Positions 12,706 to 25,430 of a stretch of 64,000 nucleotides of DNA are shown one piece after another. The position numbers and the translations under genes were made by a program. Each line of letters opens with the position of its first letter. Position 1 is the stretch's first letter. The notes beneath the pieces were generated by a model, which saw nothing but the letters and a program-made list of their open reading frames with translations, searched no databases and was not told the origin of the DNA. Where the stretch lies: positions 69,254,001-69,318,000 of the forward strand of contig OZ287753.1 of the NCBI GenBank assembly GCA_965649765.1, given 5' to 3'. Origin of the DNA: Bispira polyomma. Its lineage: Eukaryota.

Positions 12706-14119
12706 TTACATTCATTATTTAATTTACATTGTATGAACTATTGTTCTGAACTTATATAATGTTATTGGTCAAGTTGTTAGCAGCAATAAAGATTATATCA
12801 CCGCATCAGATTTCGACAGTGAATTAGATTTAAACTTTCTATTATTTCTACACAATTTAATGGAGAAATGTCTAATAAATTCGTTTAAAATCCCAAAATA
12901 GAAGACAAGAATATGTATATAAAAAGACTGGCACATCCAGTTACCATAATGTGAATTAATAAACAAACACTTGATGTTGTGTAGAAATGAACTGTAAACA
13001 TGACTGTTAAATTAAAGCCTGCTTTGGCTGGGTAAAGTTTTTCGCAAACCATGCCTTTCTGACCTAAGTTTGTAAGGCGCCACTTTTTAATAACATAACT
13101 TTTAATCTTAAACTTTTTTTGGAAATATTGGATATGAACAGCAACTATTTTGAGACTGTGGTATTACACTTCGTTTGAACTTTCCATTGATGAACTTCCC
13201 ACATAGCTGTTTTTCATGACATGAATGTTGCTTGTTTGAACTATTAATGACGGCTGTATCTTTTTATCTATTTCTAGTCAAAATCTTATATCTTTTGCAC
13301 ACCATTTTTCGTTTTTATGATTGTTACACCCTTATCTGTGTGGTAAAATACACCAAAAGTACAGTTTTATTTGTAATCTAGAATGGCACATAGAATACAA
13401 AAGTTTATAAATAAAACCAAATCTAAGTGGCAAGAAGCCATCTTAAATAATAATGTTGCTTAACTTTTACATGGATCTTAGTCATTTCATTCTTCATTTT
13501 AATCATTTTATTCTTCATTTTAATCATGTAGATCTTCGTCGACTGTGCTAGTAGATCTAGTGGTTACAGCGTTCCTATGTTATAATAACTCTGTTTTGGG
13601 ACTTGCAATTATTAGCTTCAATATGTTGGGGCATTTTGATACAGTTTTCACACCGTTATCTGGTGTTTTTTGTTTTCGAATCTCTGACTCAATATGCGAA
13701 GTTATCAAAACTTATATATTTTATAGACATGGTGCTGAGAAAAACATCTGATTGAGAGGCATATGGTGAAAACCATCAAAAGTCTATAAACAAAAAATGT
13801 GTTTAGAATAGAAACAGACAGTGTTTCTGTAGTGAACAGTGCATCAGACTCAGGGAATATCTGAGTGAGAAATCCATTCCAATCCATTTATTTTGTTATC
13901 AATATTGTGTATTTTTTACTTGTTTTTTTAAAATATGTGTTGAAGATATAAGTTGCATAGTGAATGTTGCAAGTGTATGGTTACATGTCAGTTTTTACTT
14001 CTTATTAAAACTACAAGGCTCTAAATCACTAGTTTGTATGACACAAGAATGTGTGAAGTTCTTAATATATTTAAGAGGTTTTGGGTGAGAAGCGATAGTG
14101 ATAGTACTACAAAATAATA

Positions 14120-17100
14120 CTAATTTAGGTTTAAAAATCCAGGCTGCACAAAAAATAAGTCAAATAATGGAGTTATTAGATGTTATGGATGTTTGGAGAG
14201 TAAAACATCCCAATACTAATCGATTCACTCATAGAGAAAAACACGATTTAGATTAAAACAGTCAAGAATTGACTGTTTTTTAATATCACATGGTATGGAA
14301 TATGGTACAAAAACAGTAGATATTCTACCCAGCGTTAGATCAGATCATAGTTTACTGACAATTACTTTTGTATTAGAAAAGGACCAAAATGAGGGAGAGC
14401 TTTATAGAAATTAAATGTTAGCTTATTAGATGATAAAGACTATGTCACACATATAAAAGCAGCAATAAAAGATGCTATATTAGATGCTGCAAACTTGATA
14501 GATAAATATAAAACCTGGGACTTTATCAAATGTAAAATTAGAACAGAATCAATAACCTTTTCAATTAATAAAAGCAAGAAAAAAAACAAACTCAAATGTG
14601 AAAGATTAAATAACAGATTGTCTAATTTAGAAGAAAATATTTGTTGCAATCCCACTGCAGATTGCATTGAAGAACATAATAATATTAAAAAACAGTTAGG
14701 GGATTTATACACTGAAAAAGCATATGGCTCTTTAATCAGGTCCAGGTGTAAACTGTTAGAAGAATTTGAAAAGCCACTAAATATTTTTTGACTTTAGAGA
14801 AAGCTAATCATAAGGTCAAACATATTTCTACTTTATTGCATAATGGGAAAAGATTTAGCAAGCCAGATGAGATACTTGAGATTCAACGAAATTATTTCTC
14901 AAAAATATATTCTAAACCGAACACAACCACCTTCGAACAAGATATGGAAAAGTACTTAAAAGATATGAATATACCAAAAGATCATAGTAAGGAAATTTGT
15001 GAAAATGCTATAAGTTTAGAAGTACAAAAAAGCCACTAATTGTCTAGGCAATAATAAAACGCCTGGAACTGATGGCATCCCGTGTGAATTCTATAAGACT
15101 TTCTGGACTGAAATAGGTAGCCAGGTCTATGATAGTTTTAAAAAGGCTTTGGAAAAGTGTGAACTGTCAGATAGCCAAAAACAAGGTGTGATTAATCTTA
15201 TACCAAAAAAAAGAAAAGATTTGACTGATTTAAAAACCTGGCGCCCTCTTTCAATTTTAAATACTGACTATAAAAATTTAGCTAAGGTACTAAGCAATAA
15301 CATTATAAGAAATTATTAGCCCAGATCAGGTGGGATATAAGGAGAATAGGTATTGTGGTAAAAATATAAGACTGATTTCTGATATAATAGATTATTGCCT
15401 TTATCACAAAACCTCTTGTGTAATTCTTCTTGCTGACTTTGATAAAGCTTCGACACAGTTAAATGGGCATTTTTGAGTGAAATAGTGAAACACTATGGTT
15501 TTTCAGTTAATTTTGAAAAATGGTTGTCAATCTTATACAAAAATTCAGAAAGTTGTGTCACTTATAATGGTTATTTATCGTCATATTTTAAGTTATCTAG
15601 AGAAATTAGACAGGCTTGTCTAATTAGTGCTTTGTTGTTTTTTTAGTGGCTGAAATTATTGCAATTATACTAAGAGAGTCAAATAGAGTTAAAAGGTATA
15701 TGTATAAATGAAACTCCTATAAAACTTTGCCAATTAGCAGATGATATGACCTTATTTTAAGTATAGAACCAATAAAAGTTACAAATTAACTATTTGAAGA
15801 GTTCTACCGATATGCAGGTTTACAGTTAAATAAAGGAAAGACTGCAACATTCTTTACTGACTGTGAGAACCCATCTTTGTTCAGAGATACCCAGTATCAC
15901 CTGGACAATAAAACCTTTTAAAACATCAGGAACATGGTTTTTCACAGATCTGAATGTAGCGTCTCGTTTAAACTTTACTGAAAAAATAAACACAATTCAG
16001 GCTATTCTAAAATCTTGGCAACCGCGATGCCTCACCTCGAAAGGTAAAATAACTGTTCTCAAGTCCTTAGTTGTTCCTTATATCCTGTAGTTAGCTTCAG
16101 TTTTTCCTTTCAGTCGTAATGTACTTTCAGAACTAGACTCAATGTTTTTTTTAAATTTCATATGAAGTAACAAGAAGCACTTAATTTCAAAAAATGTTCT
16201 GGTGCAAGCTCCAGAATTGGGTGGGTTAAAAATGATAGCTATCAAGTTTATAGTGGAGTCTGCTAAAGTTATGTGGATAAAAAGATTGTGTAATATTATT
16301 AATGCAAAGTGAAAAGTCTTGGCCATAAATTTGATGGGTATCAATAAAAGTAAAATATTAAAAAAGCAATTGTTTCATAATGTCAGACATAATGTGAAAT
16401 CTAGCTTTTATATCGACTTGTTGTCTATTTGGTTTGACTTTCTGGTTACTAAGGTCAGAAGTGTACATGATCTTCTTGATGAAAATCCTTTATTTCTTAT
16501 TTCTTCTTATAGAAAAACAATAAGTGAAAATTATAACAAATGGAAAGATTCCGGTATAATTAAAGTCTCTGATATTTTGCAAAGCAATTATAAAACATTC
16601 ATTTTAAAATCTGAACTAGAAAAAAAACACAGTGTCGTAATTTTTGATATGATATATAGTCAGATAACTAGTGCTCTATCTGGCAGGATTAAGATGCTCT
16701 CAAAATTCAAAACTGAAAATGTTGAAAACAAATGCATAAATAAACCCAATCAATGTTTAAGTGATATTATGAAGATAAAAAACTCACAAGTTTACACATC
16801 TTTTGTTGTCACAAATTATTCAGTTCCAACATGTCAAAATAAGTGGATAGAACACTATCCCTTTTTAAAGGTTATCAACTGGAAACACATTTATCTCTTG
16901 CCATTTAGGGTTGTTTTAGACACATATTTGATCACACTTCAATACAAAATTTTGCACAGAGTTTTTGCATGTAAGTTTAAACTATTTGTTTGGAAGATCA
17001 AAGGATCTCCTGAATGTAATATTTGAATAAAAATTGAAAATTAAGAACATTTGTTTCTATTATTGTTTAGATACAAAATCTTTTTGGAACCAAATCTGTT

Positions 17101-17713
17101 CATGTCTGTTGAATTGTATTCCTTGCAAATTAGACTTTACAGTTTTGCAAGTAATGTTTGGCGTTATCAATTTTGACCCTAAATATTATTTTATGATCAA
17201 TTATGTATTACTCATTGGAAAATATTGTATACATAACTCAAAACGAATAATAAAAATTTAGTTTTTCGACTCTTTCTAAGAACCTTGAAGTGGAAACTCA
17301 AATTGGAAGGAAAAGTATATAATAATCAAGGTAGATCTATATTAGTTACAGAAAGATTTGGGTTATTGTGTGCATCATTGTAAGGTTATTTCTAATGTTA
17401 GAGCTTCTCTATAGTTTTAAATTAAAATCACTGTTAACCTTCTCTGCATTGTGAATCATTGTGCATCATTGTAAGGTTATTTCTAATGTTAGAGCCTCTC
17501 TATAGTTTTAGATTAAAATCACTGTTAATCTTCTCTGCATTGTGAAGCCTTTTAGTAAATTACTTGTGTGTGATGTGAGATGTTAGTACACTTGTAACTG
17601 TGTGTGATGTGAGATGCTAGTACACTTGTAACTTTAATATTGTAATGTGCTATTGTACCTATTTTTTTTTTTTTGGGGTTTTTTTGATTATAAATAAATA
17701 AAATATAAAAAAA
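14120..17713 (+). mobile_element. L1/Tx1-clade LINE (L1-A), 5'-truncated, degraded ORF2 (APE end, RT, C-terminal Cys-rich region)
   Basis: D-WRVKHP...SRID...SDH (APE); NKTPGTDGIPCEFYK; WRPLSILNTDYK; QLADD; LQYKILHR...CNI; A-rich tail ending ~17713; many stops/frameshifts. Confidence 0.93.
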
Positions 17714-17751
17714 GTTGACAGATTTGCAACCAAATGAAACTTTCCTTATGC

Positions 17752-18098
17752 TGTGGATGAAGAGAGAATATTTAACTACAGGTTATCTCGTGCTCGAAGG
17801 ATTGTTGAGAATGCTTTTGGTATCCTTGCCAATAGCTTTTGCGCCCTGCTGACTACTCATCAACAAATGCCAGAAAGTGTTAAGTGTCAATAATGTTGGG
17901 TTGCATGTGTACACAGTCTAATGTGCAACGGGTATCCGGCTTTGCAGAATGCACCAAGTTATTCCTGGAGTCTGGAGAGATGAAGTTGTCTCCGCAGAGT
18001 GCCAGAATGTCAGTTTTCAGGTAGGGTGACAGAGGATATACTTAAAACACTATTGCAATAACATTGGTGCTGTACCATGGCAGAGAGAAATGATTTAA
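17752..18098 (+). pseudogene. PIF/Harbinger DDE transposase C-terminal fragment
   Basis: DEERIFNYRLSRARRIVENAFGILANSFCALLTTHQQMP...PGVWRDE...YLKHYCNNIGAVPWQREMI*. Confidence 0.87.
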
Positions 18099-18915
18099 GT
18101 GATTGTGATTGTGTTTTCTTATTACATTATTTATTTAAAATCAATCATTCCAGGTTAATTATTTGTAAAATAAAAGTGCCTGTGCACAGAAGGTTACTTC
18201 AGTGTTGGCATTGTGTTTCTTAAAACTAGTAGGGAATAATCTTTAGCTAGCAAGTGAACCACAGGAGACCACAGGAGACTCTTAGTTTGACCTTATGTTA
18301 ATTTCATGAAATTAATGTTGTGGTAAAACTTAAGCGTGACACTTTACAATATTTACTTTTGGAATTTGGGATTTGTGATGACCTTAAAAGTATGAGCCTG
18401 ACCTTGTCTGATTTCCAAATAATAAATGTTGTTGCAAACCTTAAGCATGACACTTCACAATATTTATTATTTGAATTTGGGATTTGTGATGACCTAAAGA
18501 TTATGAGCTTGACCTTGTCTGGTTTCTAAACAATAAACTTAATGTGGAACAAGTCTGTGAGGCCAGGGCTAACTATAAGCTTGGCACAGCCACAAAATCG
18601 TTTTACACCAAAGGTCAAGTTCAAAATGTTTAAGTTACACATCAAAAGTCAAGTTCAATTTGGTTTATATTAATTTATTTAACAAAATAACATCCACTTA
18701 AATATAATATACATGCATAGGTCACAGTCAAAATTGTTACAAATGCCCAAAGAGCACATTTCCGACTAAACTCCCCACCCCACCCCCTTAACAGTCATGC
18801 CACCACCGATATCCCCCGTCTACTGCTGTGCCTGGCTACCACTACTTTGGTCACACGCATACATGTACGTCGCCAAACCTCCAGTGCCAGCCCCAGTCGT
18901 TTGAGTGGGCTGAGT

Positions 18916-20663
18916 TTAAGGTGTTCTTTTGGGACCTTGGTAGCTGTCCAGCATATTCAATATGCCAGACATGTTCAGTGTCCCAAAACTGCTCTGTGAT
19001 AGGTTGTGCTGTTGGTTCTGTGGTGTGGGTGGGGACCAGATATTTGGTGGTGTAAATGTACTTGATGTACTCTGTTGGCCAGGTGGTGCAAAGGCAGGCC
19101 ACACCAATGGCTGCGAGAAGACATGTTGGAGTGACTACCGCTGTATAGGTGGCCGGTTGGCTGTCTCCTGCCACATCATGGCCTGGAAAGTGTTCTGCAT
19201 AGAAGTATTCCACTGTTTGTTAGTGAGACCTTCCGACTCCAGCCCAATCCAGTGCAGAAGGACAGTCTGCGTTTGTTGGCTGCAGACACCTGCACCTGGT
19301 CGTTGCGTTCAGAGGTGGCGATATGGTATGCAAGCTGAATTATGGCATTGACCACCCTCCAGCCAGTAGCGTTTGGTGGTCTTGGTCTTGGTCGCTGCTG
19401 GGGCCGGCCTGACCAGCATGGCTGGAATCGGAAAGGTTGGGTTGCGTGGGACTTGACTCCGCTCTGACATCAAAAGAAGGAGCTGTAGCCAGATTGGAGA
19501 TCTTGTCATCGTTCCACAAGTCATCATGGGAGGCGCAACCCTCAACCTTCTACTCTCAGACTGGGCCACCAGATGCGCCTCTAGAAATTGGAATGATGCT
19601 AGTGTCCATCTCTGGCGAGCAGTTGGAGCCTTGGTTGCCTGGCCGGACTTTGTTTTCTTTTTCAGTTTGCCTTGGATGGTCCTCATGGACTTGAAGCAGG
19701 TGTTAATCTGGTCACCTAATGAAAAAGAACAAGTACAGCTGTTAAGTACAATGGTAAGTATTGGGTAAGTATGTGGGTAAGTACATAATAAACCCACTCA
19801 CAAATGTTATAGTACACAATTACTGGTCAATCCAATAATTCTGTTAAACTAAAACATAAGCAGATACACTTGTAATTAGGTATTAATTATACATTAATGT
19901 AAGTTCTTACTAGCAAGAACCGGAGAATAACATTTGACAACTTTCTTGAAATTAAATACAATCTTAAACCAATGTAAAGCTGAAATAAATGCAGCCACAA
20001 TTTGAATTATACATAATGTAAGTTATTACTAGAAACAAGCTGGCTAAGAAAATTATATGAAAAAAATTTACTGACATTAATTTGATATTTTAAGTGAATT
20101 ACATAATTACACATTTGACTTTTGACAAACTTCTTCAAAACTACAACTATTATAATCTAAGCCCAATATAAACCTGAAATATATGCAGTCACAATTTTAA
20201 TTAGATATAAATGCAACTTACCTTGTTTGGCCAGCACCCACAACTTCTTGGCCCTGTCCTTGAAGTCCTGCAGTGACTGCTCATACATATCTTCAGACAT
20301 TTGGTTGGTGACCTTTGGCTTCTTGGTCGTCCTCCTTGTCCTCCTCTTCGTCATCTCCTGGAGGGGACTGAGGATGCTCCCTCTCCACACTCTCTGAGGT
20401 AAATGTCTCCTCCCCAGAGTGTTTTCAATCTCTGAAGTGATAGTGCTTGCTCCTCCCTCACTTGTAGCTGTGCCTGGTGGAGCCTCTGGTACAATGGTGC
20501 CAGTATCCTCACCCCCAGCTGTGATATTGGCTTCAGGAATATTTAACACAACCCCAGCCAACTCAGTTTCTTCTTGAAACATGGGTTCTTGAGACAGAAG
20601 AAGTTCCTCAATCTATCCCTTCTTCTTCCCCTTCCCCTTTTCAGTAATCACTTTAGGAGGCAT
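18916..20663 (-). pseudogene. Harbinger Myb/SANT (MADF-like) DNA-binding protein gene, 2 exons
   Basis: Exon 1 ATG 20663 (MPPKVITEKGKGKKKG*...), donor GTAAGT at ~20221; acceptor ttcattag, exon 2 from 19715: DQINTCFKSMRTIQGKLKKKTKSGQATKAPTARQRWTLASFQFLEAHL; in-frame stop and frameshifts. Confidence 0.75.
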
Positions 20664-21822
20664 TATTATATCCAAATAAAAGTTTTTAAACAGTTAAACA
20701 ACTCAAAACAACTTAAAATCTATAATATCCAGTAGTAGAAAACGTCCGTGTATACCTAAAGACTTCATGAAACTGATCGCCGATTAGCAAAGACACCCTA
20801 TTTATACCCTGTGAGACCTATCGCTGACCAGTCTTTTTTTTTATCTTAAGTCGCTCTGCGAGAGGTTTCTGATTGGTTGCTTATCGACGGGAAGGGTTTT
20901 TCAAATAATAGAAGAGCATTCTCTGATAATTTGATTGGTTGATGATAAGTGGTGAGTGGTGGCAAGTCCACTCGGGGATTAGTTGCAAACTGGTTAGAGA
21001 GTGAATGGGGATCAATGAATATCCGCCAGGGATTTTCTTTTGGTGCTAGACATGTCGGCGACAGATGGTGAGATTGCTCGGGGATTGTTAACCATAACCG
21101 ATTAAGAATTAGTTGCCGTCTTGCTGAGATCACCAAATATTGGCTTTTTGATCAGCGACTGATTTTTAGACTGGTCGGCGACATATTTTAGATGGGTTAC
21201 AGATTAAAAATATCGAAGACCAGTTAAAGACAACCAAAAACCTGTGAAGACTTGTGGCACGGAAGTGGCACATTCTAAAGAGCCTATTGCAGACCAGTGG
21301 GAGATCAAACAAAGACCTCCAGCAACCATCTGGATCATAAAGAGGAATCACTTGTATTTAGCTCAACCTTCAGCAACCTCCACCGATCGAACGCAAGAGA
21401 GTTTAAAGATAACAAAAGTCCTCCAGCAACCTATCTCAGTTTTCAGCTCACAGCAGCTCTTTAACCGCATGTGAGGTATCCCTCCTGGTACTAACAACTT
21501 CCAACTCTTTTAGTTTAAGCAAAATCTAATATGAATCCCACGTACAGACTCAAAAGTTAGGAGATATTTGCATACAATTCTCACTCGTTTACATTGTCAA
21601 GCTGCAAATATAACCTACCATACCTTCTGGCATCCAGGTGTCACTTATGCATTCAATCGTGTGCCAATTCAGGACATCCAGGATCATGGCACCTGGACGT
21701 CAGACTGTGTCTAAAGATATCCAACAAATCACCACTGACCAGGTAGCTCTGGCCTTCAAATCATCCCCTCTTAGTCATTACTTATTAGTGGGATTTGGGG
21801 CTCCAAAAACAAAACTCTTATA

Positions 21823-21883
21823 TATGCCATATAAGCATTAAACTTTTACATGTATGCCATATAAGCATTAAACTTTTACATGT
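21823..21883. repeat. 30-bp tandem duplication
   Basis: ATGCCATATAAGCATTAAACTTTTACATGT x2. Confidence 0.9.
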
Positions 21884-22399
21884 CTATCTTTAGGGCCACC
21901 GTATATTTATATAACATTTGAGCATTTTAGCATATTACATAATATTGTATACTTAAATATACCTTTCATATTACTTTAAGTTAACTTAACTTAAAAAGGT
22001 TCTAACTTTCTTACACTTTACTTCAGTTAAGGTCACCATAGGATACTATTTATTCTTGGTTAACTTGAAGTTAAGGTTAACCTAAATTACCAAACCTTGT
22101 CGTTACTTAAACTTAAGGTAAACTAAATTGACCAAAATCTGAACTTAAATTAAGTTTGTCTTAGATTAAGGTCACCATAAAGTGACACCAAACCTAATCT
22201 TAAATGCTTTAAACTTAATTTAAGGTCATCTTACGTGATCCACACTTAAACTGTTTAAGGGTGTCCTACTCAGTATGCACATATATGTAAAAATCAAAAT
22301 ATTAATATTTCCCAATTGGGTTATTTTATTTGGTCTTTAATTTGAACGCTCATACTAGGAGGCACTGTATGTAATCTTAGAGATGATGTAGCATATGTG

Positions 22400-25300
22400 T
22401 ACTTCCATTCACATGGACATTGAAAACAAAAGAAAAGACAGAATAGAAATAAATAATAATGTAAGGTTATATGACACCAGAGCACATGGTTTTATACCAT
22501 ATAATAGACAAGATTTTTCTTTCATAGGACCGACCATACACAAAGTAGAGATTAAGACATATAAGCAATTAGTGAAGATACACAAGATAACAGGTACAGC
22601 AACTTATGAGGAAGCAAGGATTCGTACATTGGGCACATTATCTGGTAGATTATGATGACAAGCGAATTGTGCAGTACTTGCAGTATGGGTTTCCAATAGC
22701 CTATTGTAAGATTGCTGACATATGGCAAGTATATTATTGGATATCTACAAATGTTTATATAAAACAAAGAAAACTTACAGAGGTCAAAAATAAAAATAAT
22801 TTTACACACACTCCTTATAAAAGAACAAAAGTTAGTAATGCTTTTATTTCTTAATTATATGGACATCATTGACAAGATATGTAATAACAATTAAGATGCT
22901 ATGATGTCTGGATTTACAAAAAAGAACCAAACGAACAAGAATATAAGAAAAAAGAGAAAGACACACAAACAACCTTAAAAATAATCAAAAGCATACAAAA
23001 AAATGTAAAAACTAAAGAAGAACATGTACATGTGGATGCTGAGAACATCTCACAAAAAAACACATAATAAACACTTATATCAGACACCAGATAAGAATAA
23101 ACACATACAGTCAAAACTGACAGTACTGATAGACAAAATAAGTAAAACAGACAAAAGAAAAGACAAAATTGAAATAAATGGCAATATAAGGTTATATGAC
23201 AACAGAGCATATGGTTCCATACCATATAACAGACAATATTTTTCTTTCACATGATCTGACAGGCAAGAAGTCGAGATTAATACAAATAAGTACATAGTGA
23301 AGTTAAGCAATACCATTAAGATGGCAGGTAAACCAAATGGTGAGGAAGCAAAGATTTCTATTAAATCAGATTTAAATATCATAAATAGGCACGTTATCTG
23401 GTAGATTATGATGACAAGCAGATTGTACAGTACTTGCAGTACTGGTTTCCAATATCGTTGTATGAGAGGAATTGACTTAACACAAAAAAATATGGACCAT
23501 CATTTTCCAGCGATAAACTATTCTATAGGGACTATTTTAGGACCAATAATAGGAGAACTTCATAGTGATTTCCATTGTTCACCATTACTGACAATACTAA
23601 AAGATAAGAATCAAAGACACTCTTTAATCCTACAGGTTTTTCAGGTAATGGTTGTGTCGTGAAAGATAAATTTGACATAATATAACTGGAATAGATACTA
23701 CTACATAGATTTAGCCTGGACATTCAGTTTGACACAAGAAATGGCGGCATTTATGAGAGTTTCCAATTGTATAACTTATATTCTAAAAAATTAAATTATA
23801 TTGACAATTCCGTTATCAGTAAGTCAATAAATAAGGCGAAGGAAGCTTACCAGTTCCTACAAAAACTACTAGGCAAATTAGGTTTACCAATAAATCCAAA
23901 GAAACTGGTATCACGCAGTAAAGCAGTAACATGCATAGGTATAATCATTGATATTGAAAACAGCAGATTGGTATTGATGAAGATGAATTAAAAACAATTT
24001 TGGATGTTTTTCAGGAGCTCAGAACACTGACAAAAAGTTAAGAAAAATATGTACCAGTCATTACTAGAAAAAATACTGTACACCCATCAAACCATCAAGA
24101 ATTTTTACAAATAGGATGCTCCAGTTTTTAAGAGATTCGACTAGTCAGGCAAACATTATACTCAATAATGAATTTCATTTGTTCTGTTTTTTAATTTGTG
24201 CATAAAGTTTTTCTGGAAATTTAAGGTCACATCCTCGTTCGATAAGATAATGAAAAAAGTATATTTCTACAAACAGATACATGTTTATAACGAATCATAA
24301 ATAACGATGTTTTCATGGCAGCACTCGCCATTTTTAATAAACAAAATACAAGTATTGTACATTTTGGAATAATAGGAGTCATGATAGCATTAAAATAATG
24401 GCCAGAAAAATGGAAAAATCAAAGTTGAATCCGACAACTCAACTCTGTCATAAAGTAGTCAAAAATGAAAGAAATAGATATTGACCATATTGAGGAAAGA
24501 AGAAAATTATAGCAGTTTATTGCTGAAAAAAACAATAAAAAGACTGGACAATACAAATAGACCTAGAACTACCAGGCAATACAAAAGTCAATTCAGATTA
24601 TTTCTGGCATTCAAAATTTACTACAATATTGCTATTTTTAGTCTGGGTGCTATTCTGGCTTTTTTAGAATTTCAACAACAGTCCTATTTGTCATAAAGTA
24701 GTAAACAACTATTTGGCTACAATCAAATTTTATTCAATAATATATAGAGCAGATCAGAATCAATTATATGATCCAAGAATTCAGTAGTATCAAAAATCTA
24801 TAACAATAAATTCTGATTTTAAACCAAAAGTTAAAGGCACTTTTTACCTTCATCAGTTGACAACCATTTCGCAGCATTGTCAAGCTTTCTTTCTGCCAGA
24901 ATTCTACAGGATGGTCTTCATATTTTTTTGTCTTGGTTTTCTAAGGTTATTAAACCTTACCGCATCTTTACAAGGTCTGACATCATATTTGAACATCTAG
25001 GTAGACACCTAATCATCAAATGGTCAAAGATCTCAACATGATGTAATACAGCTTCCAGTTTTGAAAAAACTCTGGCTATGTCCAGTTAATGCAGCCAAAA
25101 TGCTTTTTATAAAATATTCATTAGCACAAAACGCACCCTTACTGGCAGAACCACAGTCAGGAGGAAAGTGCATTTCAGAAAAAACAATCAAGATTTGTAC
25201 TTAAAAAGATACTTAACACAAAGTAACCTACCACATATTGGTAATTCCTTCCACTGCTTTAGATGCTCTGGAGCTTCATTAGCTTTCAATAACAACGCTA

Positions 25301-25430
25301 TAAGTTACAAAATAATCAAAAACATGGGTTGGAAATTCGATGCAGTTTAGATATATTTGGAATCCACTTGTCAGGCTGCAACCATCATACCAGATATATT
25401 TCCAACCTTTGTCTCCCACTCTTTTTAGTT
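22400..25430 (+). mobile_element. Tyrosine-recombinase retrotransposon (DIRS/Ngaro-like), degraded RT-RNaseH-YR
   Basis: W..YLVDYDDKRIVQYLQYGFPI; ILGP...FHCSPLLT; NYIDN...LGL-INPKKLVS...CIGIIID (RT); QTDTCL (RNase H-like); RPRTTRQYKSQFRLFLAF, GFLRL, IIKWSK, CPV, SFHCFRCSGASLAF...GWKFDAV (YR). Confidence 0.85.
24481..25370 (+). pseudogene. Tyrosine recombinase (phage-integrase family) of the YR retrotransposon
   Basis: ORFs 24481..24696 and 25168..25350; R...K...H-x-x-R...W...Y catalytic arrangement recognisable despite stops. Confidence 0.82.

Larger units (their letters stand above)
11455..19762. repeat. Right arm (~8.3 kb) of giant inverted duplication
   Basis: Starts TGCCAAAGGTTGCG (11455), ends CAATGGTAAGTATT (19762); near-identical to left arm with scattered SNPs and private small indels. 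Confidence 0.97.
17740..21480. mobile_element. Autonomous-type PIF/Harbinger transposon remnant (transposase 3' end + convergent Myb/SANT gene + subterminal region)
   Basis: Convergent transposase/MADF pair typical of Harbinger; GC-richer subterminal region 20770-21480 with recurring GTCGGCGAC/ATCGC motifs; right end approximate, left part missing. Confidence 0.7.

Noticed and set aside
2687-19762. Palindrome arms as TIRs of one giant transposon, or as a read fold-back artefact
   Set aside because: Outer ends cut inside a Harbinger intron with no TSD or terminal motif; both arms have private indels, arguing against an artefact (reads still needed).
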